From positions 96,001 through 160,000 of the forward strand of contig CAWFGO010000001.1 in the NCBI GenBank assembly GCA_963815455.1: DNA of 64,000 nucleotides, read 5' to 3'. The DNA comes from an uncultured Verrucomicrobiae bacterium (lineage in GTDB: Bacteria > Verrucomicrobiota > Verrucomicrobiia > Chthoniobacterales > UBA10450). A model generated the notes under the pieces. It was not told the DNA's origin and made no database searches. It saw only the letters and a list, made by a program, of their open reading frames with translations. The translations under genes were made by a program, and so were the position numbers. This document shows, piece after piece, positions 1 to 11,797 of the stretch (within the stretch, counting starts at the first letter, position 1; the number at the start of each line of letters is the position of its first letter).

Positions 1-1
1 C

Positions 2-1219
2 GCGCTCGAGACCAAATTCGGCGCGGTTTGGGTGCAGGGCGAAATTTCCAATTACAAGCTGCATCCGAGCGGACACCAATATTTCACGCTCAAAGACCAG
101 CGCGCGCAGATCGCTTGCGTAATTTTTCGCAACACCATGGCGCCGTTGCGAGAACCCCTTGTCGATGGAACGCAGGTCCAAGTCTACGGCAACGTTTCCG
201 TTTTCGAAGCGCGTGGGCAATACCAGATCAGCGTGCAAATCCTCCAGCCGCGGGGGCTCGGTTTGCTTCAGGCGAAATTTGAAGCGTTAAAACGCAAGCT
301 CGAGGCTGAAGGACTTTTCTCGCCGGAACGGAAACGTCCTTTGCCCAAGTTTCCGCGGCGAATTGGGATTGTTACTTCGCCAACCGGCGCCGCCATTCGC
401 GACATGCTCAATGTTCTGCAACGCCGCGCCCCGTGGCTTCAGATTTTGATCAATCCGGTCCGCGTGCAGGGAACCGGCGCGGCAGCGGAAATTGCCGTTG
501 CCATCCGCGAACTAGCCACGCCCAATGAAAAATTTGCCGCTGTCGATCTTATCGTGGTCGCCCGCGGCGGCGGCAGCATCGAGGACCTGTGGGAATTCAA
601 TGAAGAAATCGTGGCCCGGACGATTGCCAGCGTGACCGTGCCGATCGTTTCCGCGATCGGCCATGAAATTGATTTCACAATTGCCGATTTCGTGGCCGAT
701 CTGCGCGCGCCAACGCCTAGCGCGGCAGCCGAATTGATCGTGCCAGACGTTGTCGATCTTCGCCGGCACATTGACTCCAGCGCGCGCGGACTGGGACGCG
801 AGTTGCTCAATCGAATGCGCGACGCCCAGCAACGGCTCGATCACGCGCGCGAGACTTTGCGACGCTGCCTCGCCCACAGGATCGACAATTACAAACGCGG
901 CCTTCTCCACATCGTCGCGGCGTTACAGTCGCGCAGCCCGGCCCGCGAGTTGGTTCTTCGCCGCAATCGCCTGGTCGATCTTCGCCGGCGTTTCGTCGAG
1001 CTGCCCGCGCGGATTCTGGAAAATGCCAGGCACCGTTTCCGCGAGGCGGAAGGAATGCTGCGCGTCCTCGGCCCTGAAGCCACGCTGGGACGCGGCTTTT
1101 CAATCACGACCGACGAATCCGGCAAATTGATCCGGAGCGTGACGGCCGTTCGTCCGAAAATGAAAATTCGAACCCGCGTCAGTGACGGCGAATTCGGATC
1201 GACAATCAGCGAGCGCTAA
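2..1219 (+). CDS. xseA: Exodeoxyribonuclease VII large subunit (5' end outside window)
   Basis: WVQGEISN..SGHQYFTLKD OB-fold, IGIVTSPTGAAIRD, ARGGGSIEDLW, SAIGHEIDFTIADFVADLRAPTPSAAAE. Confidence 0.97.
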   Translation, partial: ALETKFGAVWVQGEISNYKLHPSGHQYFTLKDQRAQIACVIFRNTMAPLREPLVDGTQVQVYGNVSVFEARGQYQISVQILQPRGLGLLQAKFEALKRKLEAEGLFSPERKRPLPKFPRRIGIVTSPTGAAIRDMLNVLQRRAPWLQILINPVRVQGTGAAAEIAVAIRELATPNEKFAAVDLIVVARGGGSIEDLWEFNEEIVARTIASVTVPIVSAIGHEIDFTIADFVADLRAPTPSAAAELIVPDVVDLRRHIDSSARGLGRELLNRMRDAQQRLDHARETLRRCLAHRIDNYKRGLLHIVAALQSRSPARELVLRRNRLVDLRRRFVELPARILENARHRFREAEGMLRVLGPEATLGRGFSITTDESGKLIRSVTAVRPKMKIRTRVSDGEFGSTISER

Positions 1220-1225
1220 AGATTT

Positions 1226-1930
1226 CTACTGCGTCAGGGTCGAGTTCAGATCTTCGTCAACAGTCGTTTCTACCTGACCGGGCAGAACGCCCAGAAGCGA
1301 TTTCGCCGTAGCCTGCTGCCTTTTGTAATAAGTGCCGTCTCCGCCTTTGTGAAATATCACGAAGCCTTTGTCACCGAATGGAACGCCCGGCGCGGTCGAG
1401 ATCGCGATGGCTGGGTTGTCGCTGTAGGTAAAATTCCTTGTCGCCAGGAAGATGACATTTGCCCCATCGCTCTCCTTTACCCGGTAAATCTTGAACGCGC
1501 AGTTGCTGGTGCCATTAAAGGGGGGTTGCAATGAGCCCTGGCTGCTACTGCTGGTAGGAGCAATGTATCTTCCGTTCCAGGGAGTAATGCCGGCCGTCGC
1601 GAACACTTTCAGATCACCCGGCTTTAAATAATCGTTATCAACAAGCCGCTGAACAAATTGCGGAACGGTAGTGATTTGAACGGTCGAATCCGTGGAAGCG
1701 GCCAAATCTCCGGGCCAACCATACTTGGCATCACCCGTTTGTGTCCCGTCCGTCGCCATGGCAAACGTCGCCAGATGCACCTGACGAGCATTGCTCACCG
1801 CCTGCGTTAGCTGACCCCGGGTGAGCGCGCCAGTAATGGCCGGAAGCGCAAATGCCGCGATGGTGGCAATGATCGCGATGACGACCAGCATTTCAATCAA
1901 AGTAAAGGCAGCGCGGCTTCTTGTAGTCAT
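1226..1930 (-). CDS. Prepilin-type N-terminal cleavage/methylation domain protein (pilin/pseudopilin-like)
   Basis: MTTRSRAA-FTLIEMLVVIAIIATIAAFALP type IV N-methylation signal. Confidence 0.88.
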   Translation of the reverse strand: MTTRSRAAFTLIEMLVVIAIIATIAAFALPAITGALTRGQLTQAVSNARQVHLATFAMATDGTQTGDAKYGWPGDLAASTDSTVQITTVPQFVQRLVDNDYLKPGDLKVFATAGITPWNGRYIAPTSSSSQGSLQPPFNGTSNCAFKIYRVKESDGANVIFLATRNFTYSDNPAIAISTAPGVPFGDKGFVIFHKGGDGTYYKRQQATAKSLLGVLPGQVETTVDEDLNSTLTQ

Positions 1931-1978
1931 GAAGGCAAGTGAGATGGACCGCAAAAATCGCGGGAAATGCGTAAGAGG

Positions 1979-4181
1979 TCAAGCTTGGAACTTAAACGCA
2001 ACCGTTGCCAGCGGCGGCAACTGAATCAGGATCGACTGCTCGCGCCCCATCCATTGTCGATCCTCGCTCTGCACGCCGCCCAAATTTCCGACATTGCTCC
2101 CGCCGTAGGTCTCGGCATCGGTATTGATGATCTCGCGATAAAATCCGGCGCGCGGCACGCCGAGACGGTAATCATGGCGCACCATCGGGGTCGCATTCAC
2201 GACAAACACGATCGTCTCGCCGTCGCGCGATTTGCGCATAAACGAAACCACGCTGTTATCGGCGTCGTGAAAATCGATCCATTCAAAACCGTCGTAGCTG
2301 TCGTCCTGCTGCCACAAGGCCGGCTCGCTCTTGTAAGTGTAATTGAGATGTTGCACCAGCCTGCGCAGACCGTCGTGGGCCGGAAGATCGACCAGGTGCC
2401 AGTCGAGGCTCGTGTCGTGGTTCCATTCGCGCCACTGCCCGAATTCGCTCCCCATGAAGAGCAGCTTTTTGCCGGGCTGCCCGTACATCCATGCATAAAA
2501 CATTCGGAGATTTGCAAACTTCTGCCATTCGTCCCCCGGCATCTTCGACAACAGCGAGCGTTTTCCGTGGACGACTTCATCGTGACTCAGCACCAGGATG
2601 AAATTTTCCTGGAACGCGTAGAGCAAAAAGAACGTGATGTTACCGTGGTGAAAACGGCGGTAGATCGGATCGAGCGACATGTACTCTAGGAAATCGTGCA
2701 TCCAGCCCATGTTCCATTTGAGCCCGAACCCGAGCCCGCCGAGATAAGTCGGGCGCGACACACCCGGCCATGAGGTCGATTCCTCGGCGATGGTCATGAT
2801 GCCCGGAAAACGCTCGTAGCAGATTTCGTTGAAGCGCTTCAGAAAATAAATCGCGTCGAGATTTTCGCGGCCTCCGTAAACATTCGGAATCCATTGCCCG
2901 GGTTTTCTCGAATAATCGAGATACAGCATCGACGCCACCGCATCCACGCGCAGACCGTCGATGTGATATTTGTCGAGCCAGAAAAGCGCATTCGCGATGA
3001 GAAAATTGCGCACCTCGTTCCGGCCGAAATTAAAAATAAGCGTGCCCCAATCCTGATGTTCGCCCTGGCGCGGATCCATGTGCTCGTAAAGATCGGTCCC
3101 GTCGAACTCGGCCAGCGCGTGTGCGTCCTTCGGAAAATGGGCCGGTACCCAATCCATGATCACGCCGATGCCAGCCTGATGGCATTTGTCGATGAAATAG
3201 CGCAGCTCGTCGGGCGTGCCGAACCGGCTCGTGGGCGCGTAATAGTTTGTGACCTGATATCCCCACGAACCTTCGAAAGGATGTTCTGCAATCGGCAGCA
3301 ATTCAATGTGGGTGTAGCCCAGTTCGAGCACGTAGGGCAGGAGCGTGTCGGCAAGTTCGAGATAAGTCAGTTGTCGATTATCTTCATCAGCCCGGCGTCG
3401 CCACGATCCGAGATGGACTTCATAAATACTGAGCGGACTCCGCGGCCAATCTTTCGAGCGACGTTGCTCCATCCATTCTCCGTCGCTCCATTTGTAACGC
3501 TCAAGGTTGTAAACGAGGGACGCTGTCGATGTTCCGTGCTGGCCGAAAAATGCGAACGGATCGCTCTTGAGCAAAAGCGCGCCGGTCTGGGCGCGGATTT
3601 CGAATTTGTAGTGCGCGTTTTCTTTCACGCCGGGCAAAAATAATTCCCAGGTGCCGGCGCCGAGAAGTTTGCGCATCGGATTCACGCGACCGTCCCAGCC
3701 GTTGAAATCGCCCACCACGCTGACCCGCTGCGCATTCGGCGCCCAAACGCAAAAGTAAACGCCCGATTCGCCGCCGATGCTGCGCAGATGCGCGCCAAAT
3801 TTTTCGTAGAGCTGCCAGTGTTGTCCCTCGGCAAACAAATGCAGGTCCACTTCGCCCATGATCGGGCCATATTGATACGGATCCCGCATCACCAGCTCCG
3901 AACCGTCCCAGCCCGTCAGACGAATCCGATAATCGAGCTCGCGTCTTGCTCCCGGCACGTTCGCGCAAAAAAATCCGTCCCGATGAATCTTCTCCGCCGC
4001 AATGTGGCGACTCTCCATTCCGCACGATATCGATCTTCTTCGCATCGGGCCGAAAGACGCGAATGACCAGATCATCTCCTGCTCGATGCGGTCCGAGAAT
4101 CCGGAACGGATCGGAGTGCGTGCCGGACAAAAAACTGTTCAACTCGTCCGGCGGCAGGCTGGCGACTTCGAACGGCTTCAT
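1979..4181 (-). CDS. glgB: 1,4-alpha-glucan branching enzyme; frameshift near 4020 (probable sequencing error)
   Basis: N-terminus HSDPFRILGPH in ORF 3501..4181; WAPNAQRVSVVGDFN, YEVHLGSW, DGLRVDAVASMLY, LSHDEVVHGK in ORF 1979..4075. Confidence 0.95.
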
Positions 4182-4269
4182 GTGTCACCATCGTATCTCC
4201 CTCTTGTGATGTCGAGTGGATGACAAATGCACTTTGATTGCGCGCTCTTGCTCGCATACGCTTGGAACG

Positions 4270-5200
4270 GTGCAAACGACCACGCGCGATGCAGTTGATG
4301 AGTTGCTCGAGACTTACGGTGAGACCGGCGGCATAAATTATCTCGAAGCCGCGGCGCTCGCTCCCGTCGCGGCTCTCCATCGAAGCGGCTTGCGCAGAAT
4401 TGATGAGCCTGATGTTCCCGGGGTTCCGCAGCGAAGCGTTGGTCAGCTCGGAAGATCTGGCCGATACCACGCGCACCCGGGTAAGAAATTTGCGCGCCCG
4501 GCTCAAGACCGAAATGTGCCGGAGCCTGGGCAAGATTCCGCCGGACAAAGCAACCGAAGCGAAAGCCGAAGAACTCTTGAATGGGTTCATGGCCGAGCTG
4601 CCGTCGGTGCGTCGCATTCTCTGGACAGATATCGATGCCGCCTACGAAGGCGACCCGGCGGCGAAGAGTTACGAGGAAATCATTCTGGCGTATCCGGCGC
4701 TGGAAGCGATCGCGATTTATCGAATGGCCCATCTTCTCTACGACAAAGTGCCGCTGATTCCGCGGATCATGACCGAGTGGGCCCATAGCCGCACCGGGAT
4801 CGACATCCACCCCGGCGCAAAAGTTGGATCGCATTTTTTTATCGATCACGGCACCGGTGTCGTGATCGGCGAGACAACCGAGATCGGCTCGCGGGTCAAA
4901 CTTTATCATGGCGTCACCCTCGGCGCGCGCAGTTTTCAAAAGGATAATCACGGCAAAATCAAAAAGGGCGGGAAACGTCATCCCAAGGTCGAGGACGACG
5001 TGACGATTTATCCAAACTCGACCATGCTCGGCGGTGAGACCGTGATCGGCGCACGATCGACAATCGGCGGCAACGTTTTCCTGGTCCAAAGCGTGCCGCC
5101 GGATTCGCTCGCCTATTACGAAGAGAAACAGCTGCGAAGATCGTTCCCAAGCGGAGCCACAAGCCGCGGCACCACCGGCGCGACGAATTCAGCGCGATGA
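4270..5200 (+). CDS. cysE: Serine O-acetyltransferase; frameshift near 4360, C-terminal tail may also be shifted
   Basis: AAYEGDPAA, TGIDIHPGA, FFIDHGTGVVIGET, KRHP hexapeptide motifs; N-terminus VQTTTRDAVDELL in another frame from GTG 4270. Confidence 0.9.
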
Positions 5201-6486
5201 TCTATTTCGATTACAACGCCACGACGCCACTGTGCGATCCCGCCCGCGCGGCGATGCTCCCTTATTTGGATCGACATTTTGGAAATCCGTCGAGCGTTCA
5301 CGCGGCTGGACGCGAAGCGCGCGCGGCAATTGATGATGCGCGCGACAAACTCGCCGCGTTCATCGGCGCCAAATCTCATGAAATCATTTTCACCAGCGGC
5401 GGCACCGAATCGTGCAACCTCGCCGTGCTCGGTTTGGCCCGAACAAAGTGGCATCGGCATCCTGCCGATGGGACATCGCCTGGAAGGCGATGCCACATCA
5501 TCTCGAACAAGGCCGAACATCATGCGGTTCTCAACGCGATCGAGCACTTGGAAAAGCATGAAGGCTTCGAAGTGACGTGGCTCGGCGTTTCAGAAAACGG
5601 AATCGTCGATCTTAATCAGCTTGCGGAATCGATTCGTCCGGAGACGCGGCTGGTTTCGATCATGACCGCGAACAACGAGACGGGTGTGATTCAACCGATG
5701 CGTGAAATCTCGGCAATCTGCCGGGCCAAAGGGGTTCTGCTGCACAGCGACATGGTGCAATCATTCGGGAAGATCAGTCCCGTCATTCCGACCGAAGTGG
5801 AGGAATCCCGTGATGCCACCCTGAAGGTAATGCAACGGGGTCCTTCGACCCCGAAAGCTTTCGGGGCTCAGGATGACACTGATTTTCTTTCACTGGTCGA
5901 TGCCGCCAGTTTCGCCGCTCACAAATTTTACGGGCCGAAGGGCGCAGGATTTCTTTATCTGCGCAGTGGATTGTCGATCCAGCCAATGATGTTTGGCGGC
6001 GCGCATGAAAACCAACGACGGCCCGGGACGGAAAACGTTGCCGCGATCGCCGGGATGGCCGCGGCCGCGGAATGGACGTTGCGCGACCGCGAGACCGAAC
6101 AAGAACGCGAAGCGCAACTGCGCGATGATTTGTGGACACGCATTTCGAGCAACTTCTCCGCCGCAGTTCAAAACGGCGATACGGGACAACGGCTCTCCAA
6201 CACTCTCAACGTAAGTTTTCCCGGCATCGACTCGGAGACGATGCTAATGGCGCTCGATTTGGAAGGCGTTTGCGCATCAAGCGGATCGGCCTGCATGGTC
6301 GGCTCCGTCGTTGCCTCGCACGTCTTGCTCGCCATGGGTCTGCCGATGGAACGCGCCGGCTCAGCGGTTCGGTTCTCGCTCGGCAAATGGACGACCATGA
6401 ACGAAATCGATGGCGCCGGTAACGCGATTCAACGCATTTGCGACCGGCTAACGAAGGCGAAACAGAGCGAATATGCCGTTGTTTAG
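5197..6486 (+). CDS. Cysteine desulfurase (IscS/NifS family) with two in-frame palindromic insertions
   Basis: IYFDYNATTP, FGNPSS, FTSGGTES, ANNETG, AHKFYGPKG (PLP lysine), SSGSAC. Confidence 0.95.
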   Translation: MIYFDYNATTPLCDPARAAMLPYLDRHFGNPSSVHAAGREARAAIDDARDKLAAFIGAKSHEIIFTSGGTESCNLAVLGLARTKWHRHPADGTSPGRRCHIISNKAEHHAVLNAIEHLEKHEGFEVTWLGVSENGIVDLNQLAESIRPETRLVSIMTANNETGVIQPMREISAICRAKGVLLHSDMVQSFGKISPVIPTEVEESRDATLKVMQRGPSTPKAFGAQDDTDFLSLVDAASFAAHKFYGPKGAGFLYLRSGLSIQPMMFGGAHENQRRPGTENVAAIAGMAAAAEWTLRDRETEQEREAQLRDDLWTRISSNFSAAVQNGDTGQRLSNTLNVSFPGIDSETMLMALDLEGVCASSGSACMVGSVVASHVLLAMGLPMERAGSAVRFSLGKWTTMNEIDGAGNAIQRICDRLTKAKQSEYAVV

Positions 6487-7099
6487 GCAGCTCGAACTTG
6501 GAATTAACGCACCTGTAGCCGGGGTCGATGACCCCGGTCTCTTGGCTCTTTGGAAGCAAGCTGCCGGCGGGACCATCGATCCCGGCTACAACGGCGCGAA
6601 GAGCGAGGCCGCATTGCAGACAAGAGCCTGTGATCTGCTGCGGGCCAACGGGGCCAATCGAATCGCATCCCAGGTTCGCGTGGAATGGAACGCACGGTTG
6701 AGAACCTGCGCCGGGCGCGCTGATTACCGGCACAAATTGATCACGTTAAGCCCTGAGCTCGCCCGCCATCCGGGCGAAATCGAACGCACGCTGCGACATG
6801 AGCTGGCTCATTTTCTCGCACAATTCCGGGCCGGGCGACGCCGAATTTCACCGCACGGTAAGGAATGGCGCCAAGCTTGCCGCGATCTTGGGATCGGTGA
6901 TGAAAAACGTTGTCACAATCTTCCCTTTGCATCGACCCATCGCCGCCACCGCTGTTTGTATCGCTGCCCCAGGTGCTGGCGTGATTTCCCGCGGGTCCGA
7001 CGAATCCACCGACCAGTTGCGTGTCTGGCCTGTTGCCGTTCGCACAATCGTGGAAAATTCGATGCGCGCTTCAGATTGCGACTCGTGAGCGCTGCCTAA
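6473..7099 (+). CDS. SprT-like zinc metalloprotease
   Basis: WNARLRTCAGRA, HELAH, HGKEW, C-terminal CxxC..CxxC. Confidence 0.88.
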   Translation: MPLFRQLELGINAPVAGVDDPGLLALWKQAAGGTIDPGYNGAKSEAALQTRACDLLRANGANRIASQVRVEWNARLRTCAGRADYRHKLITLSPELARHPGEIERTLRHELAHFLAQFRAGRRRISPHGKEWRQACRDLGIGDEKRCHNLPFASTHRRHRCLYRCPRCWRDFPRVRRIHRPVACLACCRSHNRGKFDARFRLRLVSAA

Positions 7100-7101
7100 T
7101 C

Positions 7102-7243
7102 TGTCATCCTGAGCGAAGCGAAGGACCCCTCGAACGCGATTCCGCCGGCGCATGTCCCAGCGCACAACAGTCGGCCCAGACGATGTGAACGCTTGCGTGT
7201 TTTTAGACCAGTGGCGAGGTCCCTCGCTTCGCCCGGGATGACA
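7102..7243. repeat. Long palindromic element, GTCATCC...GGATGAC family
   Basis: TGTCATCCTGAGCGAAGCGAAGGACC...GGTCCCTCGCTTCGCCCGGGATGACA; relatives at 5782, 20951, 37195, 55852 and half copies near 44963 and 58452. Confidence 0.9.
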
Positions 7244-7263
7244 AACGCGAAGCGCAGATCACC

Positions 7264-8407
7264 CTAGATTTCCTTATCGCTCCCCTCGCCTTTCACGGCT
7301 TTCTCTCCCCGCAGCTTCGCCTGGATGAACACGTCGATGTTGCCATCCATCACGTCCTGCACATTGCTCGTTTCCGCTCCGGTGCGGTGGTCTTTCACCA
7401 TTTGATAGGGCTGAAAAACGTAAGATCGAATTTGGCTGCCCCAGGCGATCTCGCCTTTTTCTCCGTATTGCCGTTCGATTTCGGCGCGCTTCTTGTCTTC
7501 TTCCAGTTGATAAAGCTTCGCTTTCAACATTTTTAGCGCGAGCTCGCGGTTGCGCCCCTGGCTGCGTTCGGCCTGACAGGCGACCACGATTCCGCTCGGC
7601 TTGTGTAGAATGCGCACGGCCGTTTCGACTTTGTTAACGTTTTGCCCACCCTTCCCGCCCGCGCGGAAGGTGCTAACCTCGATGTCAGACGGATCGATTT
7701 CGATCGGCGTGGAATCCGCGATCTCGGGAACCACATCGACACTGGCAAAAGAGGTATGACGCCGTTTGTTGGCGTCGAACGGCGAGATGCGCACCAGCCG
7801 ATGGACGCCCCGCTCAGTTTGCAGATAGCCATAAGCATAATCGCCGCTGACCAGCAACGTAACCGACTTGATGCCCACTTCTTCGCCGGTTTGAACATCG
7901 ACAATCTGCGATTTGAAACCGCTGCGCTCGATCCAGCGCTGGTACATCCGCAGCAGCATGTCGGCCCAATCGCACGATTCCGTGCCACCCGCGCCGGAAT
8001 GGATCGTCACGAACGCGTTGGCGCGATCGTTGTCGCCGGAAAGAAATTGGCGCAGCTCGAATTCCGCTAGCTGATGTAAAAGCCGCTCATGCTCCGTCGT
8101 AACGTCGCGCTCGGCCTGGGCTCGATGCGTTTCATTTTGCTCTTCCGATGCCAGTTGATGCAGTACTTCAAAATCAGCGATCGCGCGTTCCAGTTCGCGA
8201 AATGGATTGATGAGCGAACGCAACCGCGAGACTTCTTCGACATCGCCCTGGGCCCGCTCCCGGTTCGACCAAAAATCAGGCGCGCTCATTCGCGCCTCGA
8301 TCGTGCCTAAATCCTTCTCCAGTTTCTCGACGTCAAAGAAACCTCCGCAAATCGCGGACGCGCGATTTTAAGTCTTCCGCATCGACAGTCGAGATTTCAG
8401 TTGGCAT
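7264..8407 (-). CDS. prfB: Peptide chain release factor 2 with programmed +1 frameshift at CTT-TGA-C (8338-8332)
   Basis: SPF and GGQ motifs; ATG 8407, CTT is codon 24, then TGA C preceded by SD-like GGAGGT; +1 frame joins ORF 7264..8289. Confidence 0.97.
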
Positions 8408-8442
8408 GCGGAGAAGATAACTGACCGATTACGGGATGCAAA

Positions 8443-8513
8443 GTGTAGCGGCGTTTGTGCCAAACGCCGAACCAAGCGAACAGGCCCTCGCCGCGGCGAG
8501 CGCCTCTACAACT
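8443..8513. repeat. GTAG-type REP doublet (REPIN-like), left flank of RAYT
   Basis: TGTAGCGGCG..CGCCG...GGCCCTCGCCGCGGCGAGCGCCTCTACA; 69/71 identical to 8979..9049. Confidence 0.92.
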
Positions 8514-8528
8514 CAATATGACTGGTTC

Positions 8529-8984
8529 ATGCCCAACAAACCGCCGCGGCTCGACTGGATATTTCAGTCGTACGATCCGCCTCTTTTCTTTGTTACGTTC
8601 AATACTGCTCACCGAAAGAAGCTCCTCGCAAACGCAACGTTGCACGACTCGTTTGTTGAGTTCGCGAGGGCCGGCGAATCGCATGGCGTTGGCGTCGGGC
8701 GTTATGTAATCCTACCCGACCATGTGCATCTCTTTGTGCGCGGGGATCGAAGCTTTGTCTTGTCGCAATGGGTCCGCATGTTGAAAAGAAAACTATCCAC
8801 GGCGATTTCAGCCGAACCACCACATTGGCAACACGGATTTTTCGATCATCCAATCCGGCACAGCGAAAGTTACGCAGCGAAATGGGAATACGTGCGACAA
8901 AACCCAGTCCGCGCAGGATTGGTCGCGACACCCGAAGAATGGCCCTGGCAAGGTGAAATCGTTAGAATCGAGGCCCAGGTGTAG
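8529..8984 (+). mobile_element. REP-associated tyrosine transposase (RAYT, HUH/Y1 family)
   Basis: FFVTFNT, YVILPDHVH (HUH), WQHGFFDH.IR, EYVRQNPVRAGLV..EEWPW; REP doublets on both sides. Confidence 0.92.
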
Positions 8985-9049
8985 CGGCGTTTGTGCCAAA
9001 CGCCGAACCAAACGAACAGGCGCTCGCCGCGGCGAGCGCCTCTACAACT
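8979..9049. repeat. GTAG-type REP doublet, right flank of RAYT
   Basis: Direct repeat of 8443..8513; supplies the RAYT TAG stop. Confidence 0.92.
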
Positions 9050-9407
9050 ACCTGCGCGCTGAATCTCTCTTCTTCGCGTTTTGTGGCGACTCCAGGCGAA
9101 AGATGACTTCGCCTTCTTTCATCAGATCGAGTTTATCGCGAGCAATCGTTTCGAGGTAAACGGAGTCGGTCTTGAGCAAATTGACTTCGCGGGTCTGACG
9201 CGTGAGCAATGTTTTCTGCTCGTTGACCTGCGCTTGCAGATTGTCGATCTCAGCGCGGCTTTGCGTGAGTTTCTTATAGGGCGGCACGAACAAACTCACC
9301 ACTCCGAGCCAGACCGCCAAGAAAAGAAGGACGATGACGATCCGGTTCAGCCGTTGCCAAAGTGTGGCGTCGCGTCGGGCACGGAAATCTCCGTAGGTCT
9401 GGTCCAC
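9048..9407 (-). CDS. Septum formation initiator (FtsB/DivIC family)
   Basis: One TM helix, coiled coil, YLETIARDKLDLMKEGEVIF; directly downstream of eno. Confidence 0.85.
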   Translation of the reverse strand: MDQTYGDFRARRDATLWQRLNRIVIVLLFLAVWLGVVSLFVPPYKKLTQSRAEIDNLQAQVNEQKTLLTRQTREVNLLKTDSVYLETIARDKLDLMKEGEVIFRLESPQNAKKRDSARR

Positions 9408-9408
9408 G

Positions 9409-10740
<1,332 letters not shown>

Positions 10741-10936
10741 TCAAGCCATTTGGAGATTCGCAGCTCACGCAACGGGCTCCGCTCATTCGCTATTCATTCC
10801 AAGATCCGGACGAAGTCCTGCAATTGCGCCTTCAGGAAAATGGTTCGCGACCAACGAGTCCTTCGTCATTGGTCATTCGTCATTTCTTGCGTCTCCATGG
10901 CGCCGGCTCTGGCCGAGCCCCTTGGTTGGTGGGTTA

Positions 10937-10972
10937 GACAGATTCATGTCGCATATGCGACCTGAATCTGTC
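10937..10972. repeat. 36-bp palindrome (1 mismatch) just downstream of PaaX-like gene
   Basis: GACAGATTCATGTCGCAT|ATGCGACCTGAATCTGTC. Confidence 0.9.
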
Positions 10973-10978
10973 CTTCGC

Positions 10979-11764
10979 CTAAGCGGGCCTGAACGTACGC
11001 AGCTGGTGGCCCGCTTCTCGCAGCACCTGCATACGACGACGCCATGCCCGTTGCCCGAGATAATCGCGCGGCAAAATTGGCGATGGCAATAAGGGGTCGA
11101 TAGCAATCGCATTTAACCATCCGTCGCGCTCGGCTGCAGCCCAGCGCCGCAATTCCTTTGCCGCATTCTCATTCTTCAGTGCGCCGCCCGGTCGCTGGTC
11201 GATCACTTTCAGGTGCTGGACATAGCGGCGGTTGATTCGCTCGAAGTCCCAAGCGCCTGCAACAATGTCCGCATCCGATTCTCCTCCACACGGTCGCACC
11301 TCTAATAGGACCAGGGATTCCACGTTGATTTTCCCGCCACAAAGAATCTGCTCTTCTCCCTCCAACGGGTCGGGCGTAATCCAGACGCTGTTTTGTAGGT
11401 AACCAAACCCTTTGCTGCGCAGATAACGTCGCAACCGGTCCCGCTGAGAATTTTTTCGCGTGGGCACGTCGAAAAGCACCATCCGCCATTTTCCATCCCA
11501 AGGCCGAGCCCAGCGTTCTTTCGGATCGCGTCCACCAAGGACATGAAGTCGGCCTTGCGCCGTCAATCGATAGAGTCTGTCCTCCATCGCATTGGCTTTT
11601 CGCTCAATCCACTGTTGTCGTTCCAGCCTCGAAATGCGTTTGAGCATTCCATTTCGGTAGGCCCAGCTTTCGAATGAATCGTCGATATTTCGAAAACTCG
11701 GACGCATCAGTTGGTCGGCGGTCCAGAGTAAATAATAGAGAAACTCCTCGGTCTTCGGACTCAC
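10979..11764 (-). CDS. PaaX-like protein (wHTH, Cas2-like middle domain, PaaX C-terminal domain)
   Basis: YRLTAQG, WDGKWRMVLFDVP..RDRLRRYL..GFGYLQNSVWITP, AWDFERINRRY, DPLLPSPILPRDY. Confidence 0.85.
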   Translation of the reverse strand: MSPKTEEFLYYLLWTADQLMRPSFRNIDDSFESWAYRNGMLKRISRLERQQWIERKANAMEDRLYRLTAQGRLHVLGGRDPKERWARPWDGKWRMVLFDVPTRKNSQRDRLRRYLRSKGFGYLQNSVWITPDPLEGEEQILCGGKINVESLVLLEVRPCGGESDADIVAGAWDFERINRRYVQHLKVIDQRPGGALKNENAAKELRRWAAAERDGWLNAIAIDPLLPSPILPRDYLGQRAWRRRMQVLREAGHQLRTFRPA

Positions 11765-11797
11765 GACCGATTATCACAAAAATCTCGCGTCACTTCA

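Noticed and set aside
10979..11764. Cas2-like motif as evidence of a CRISPR-Cas locus
   Set aside because: No array or other cas gene seen; the domain is embedded in a PaaX architecture.
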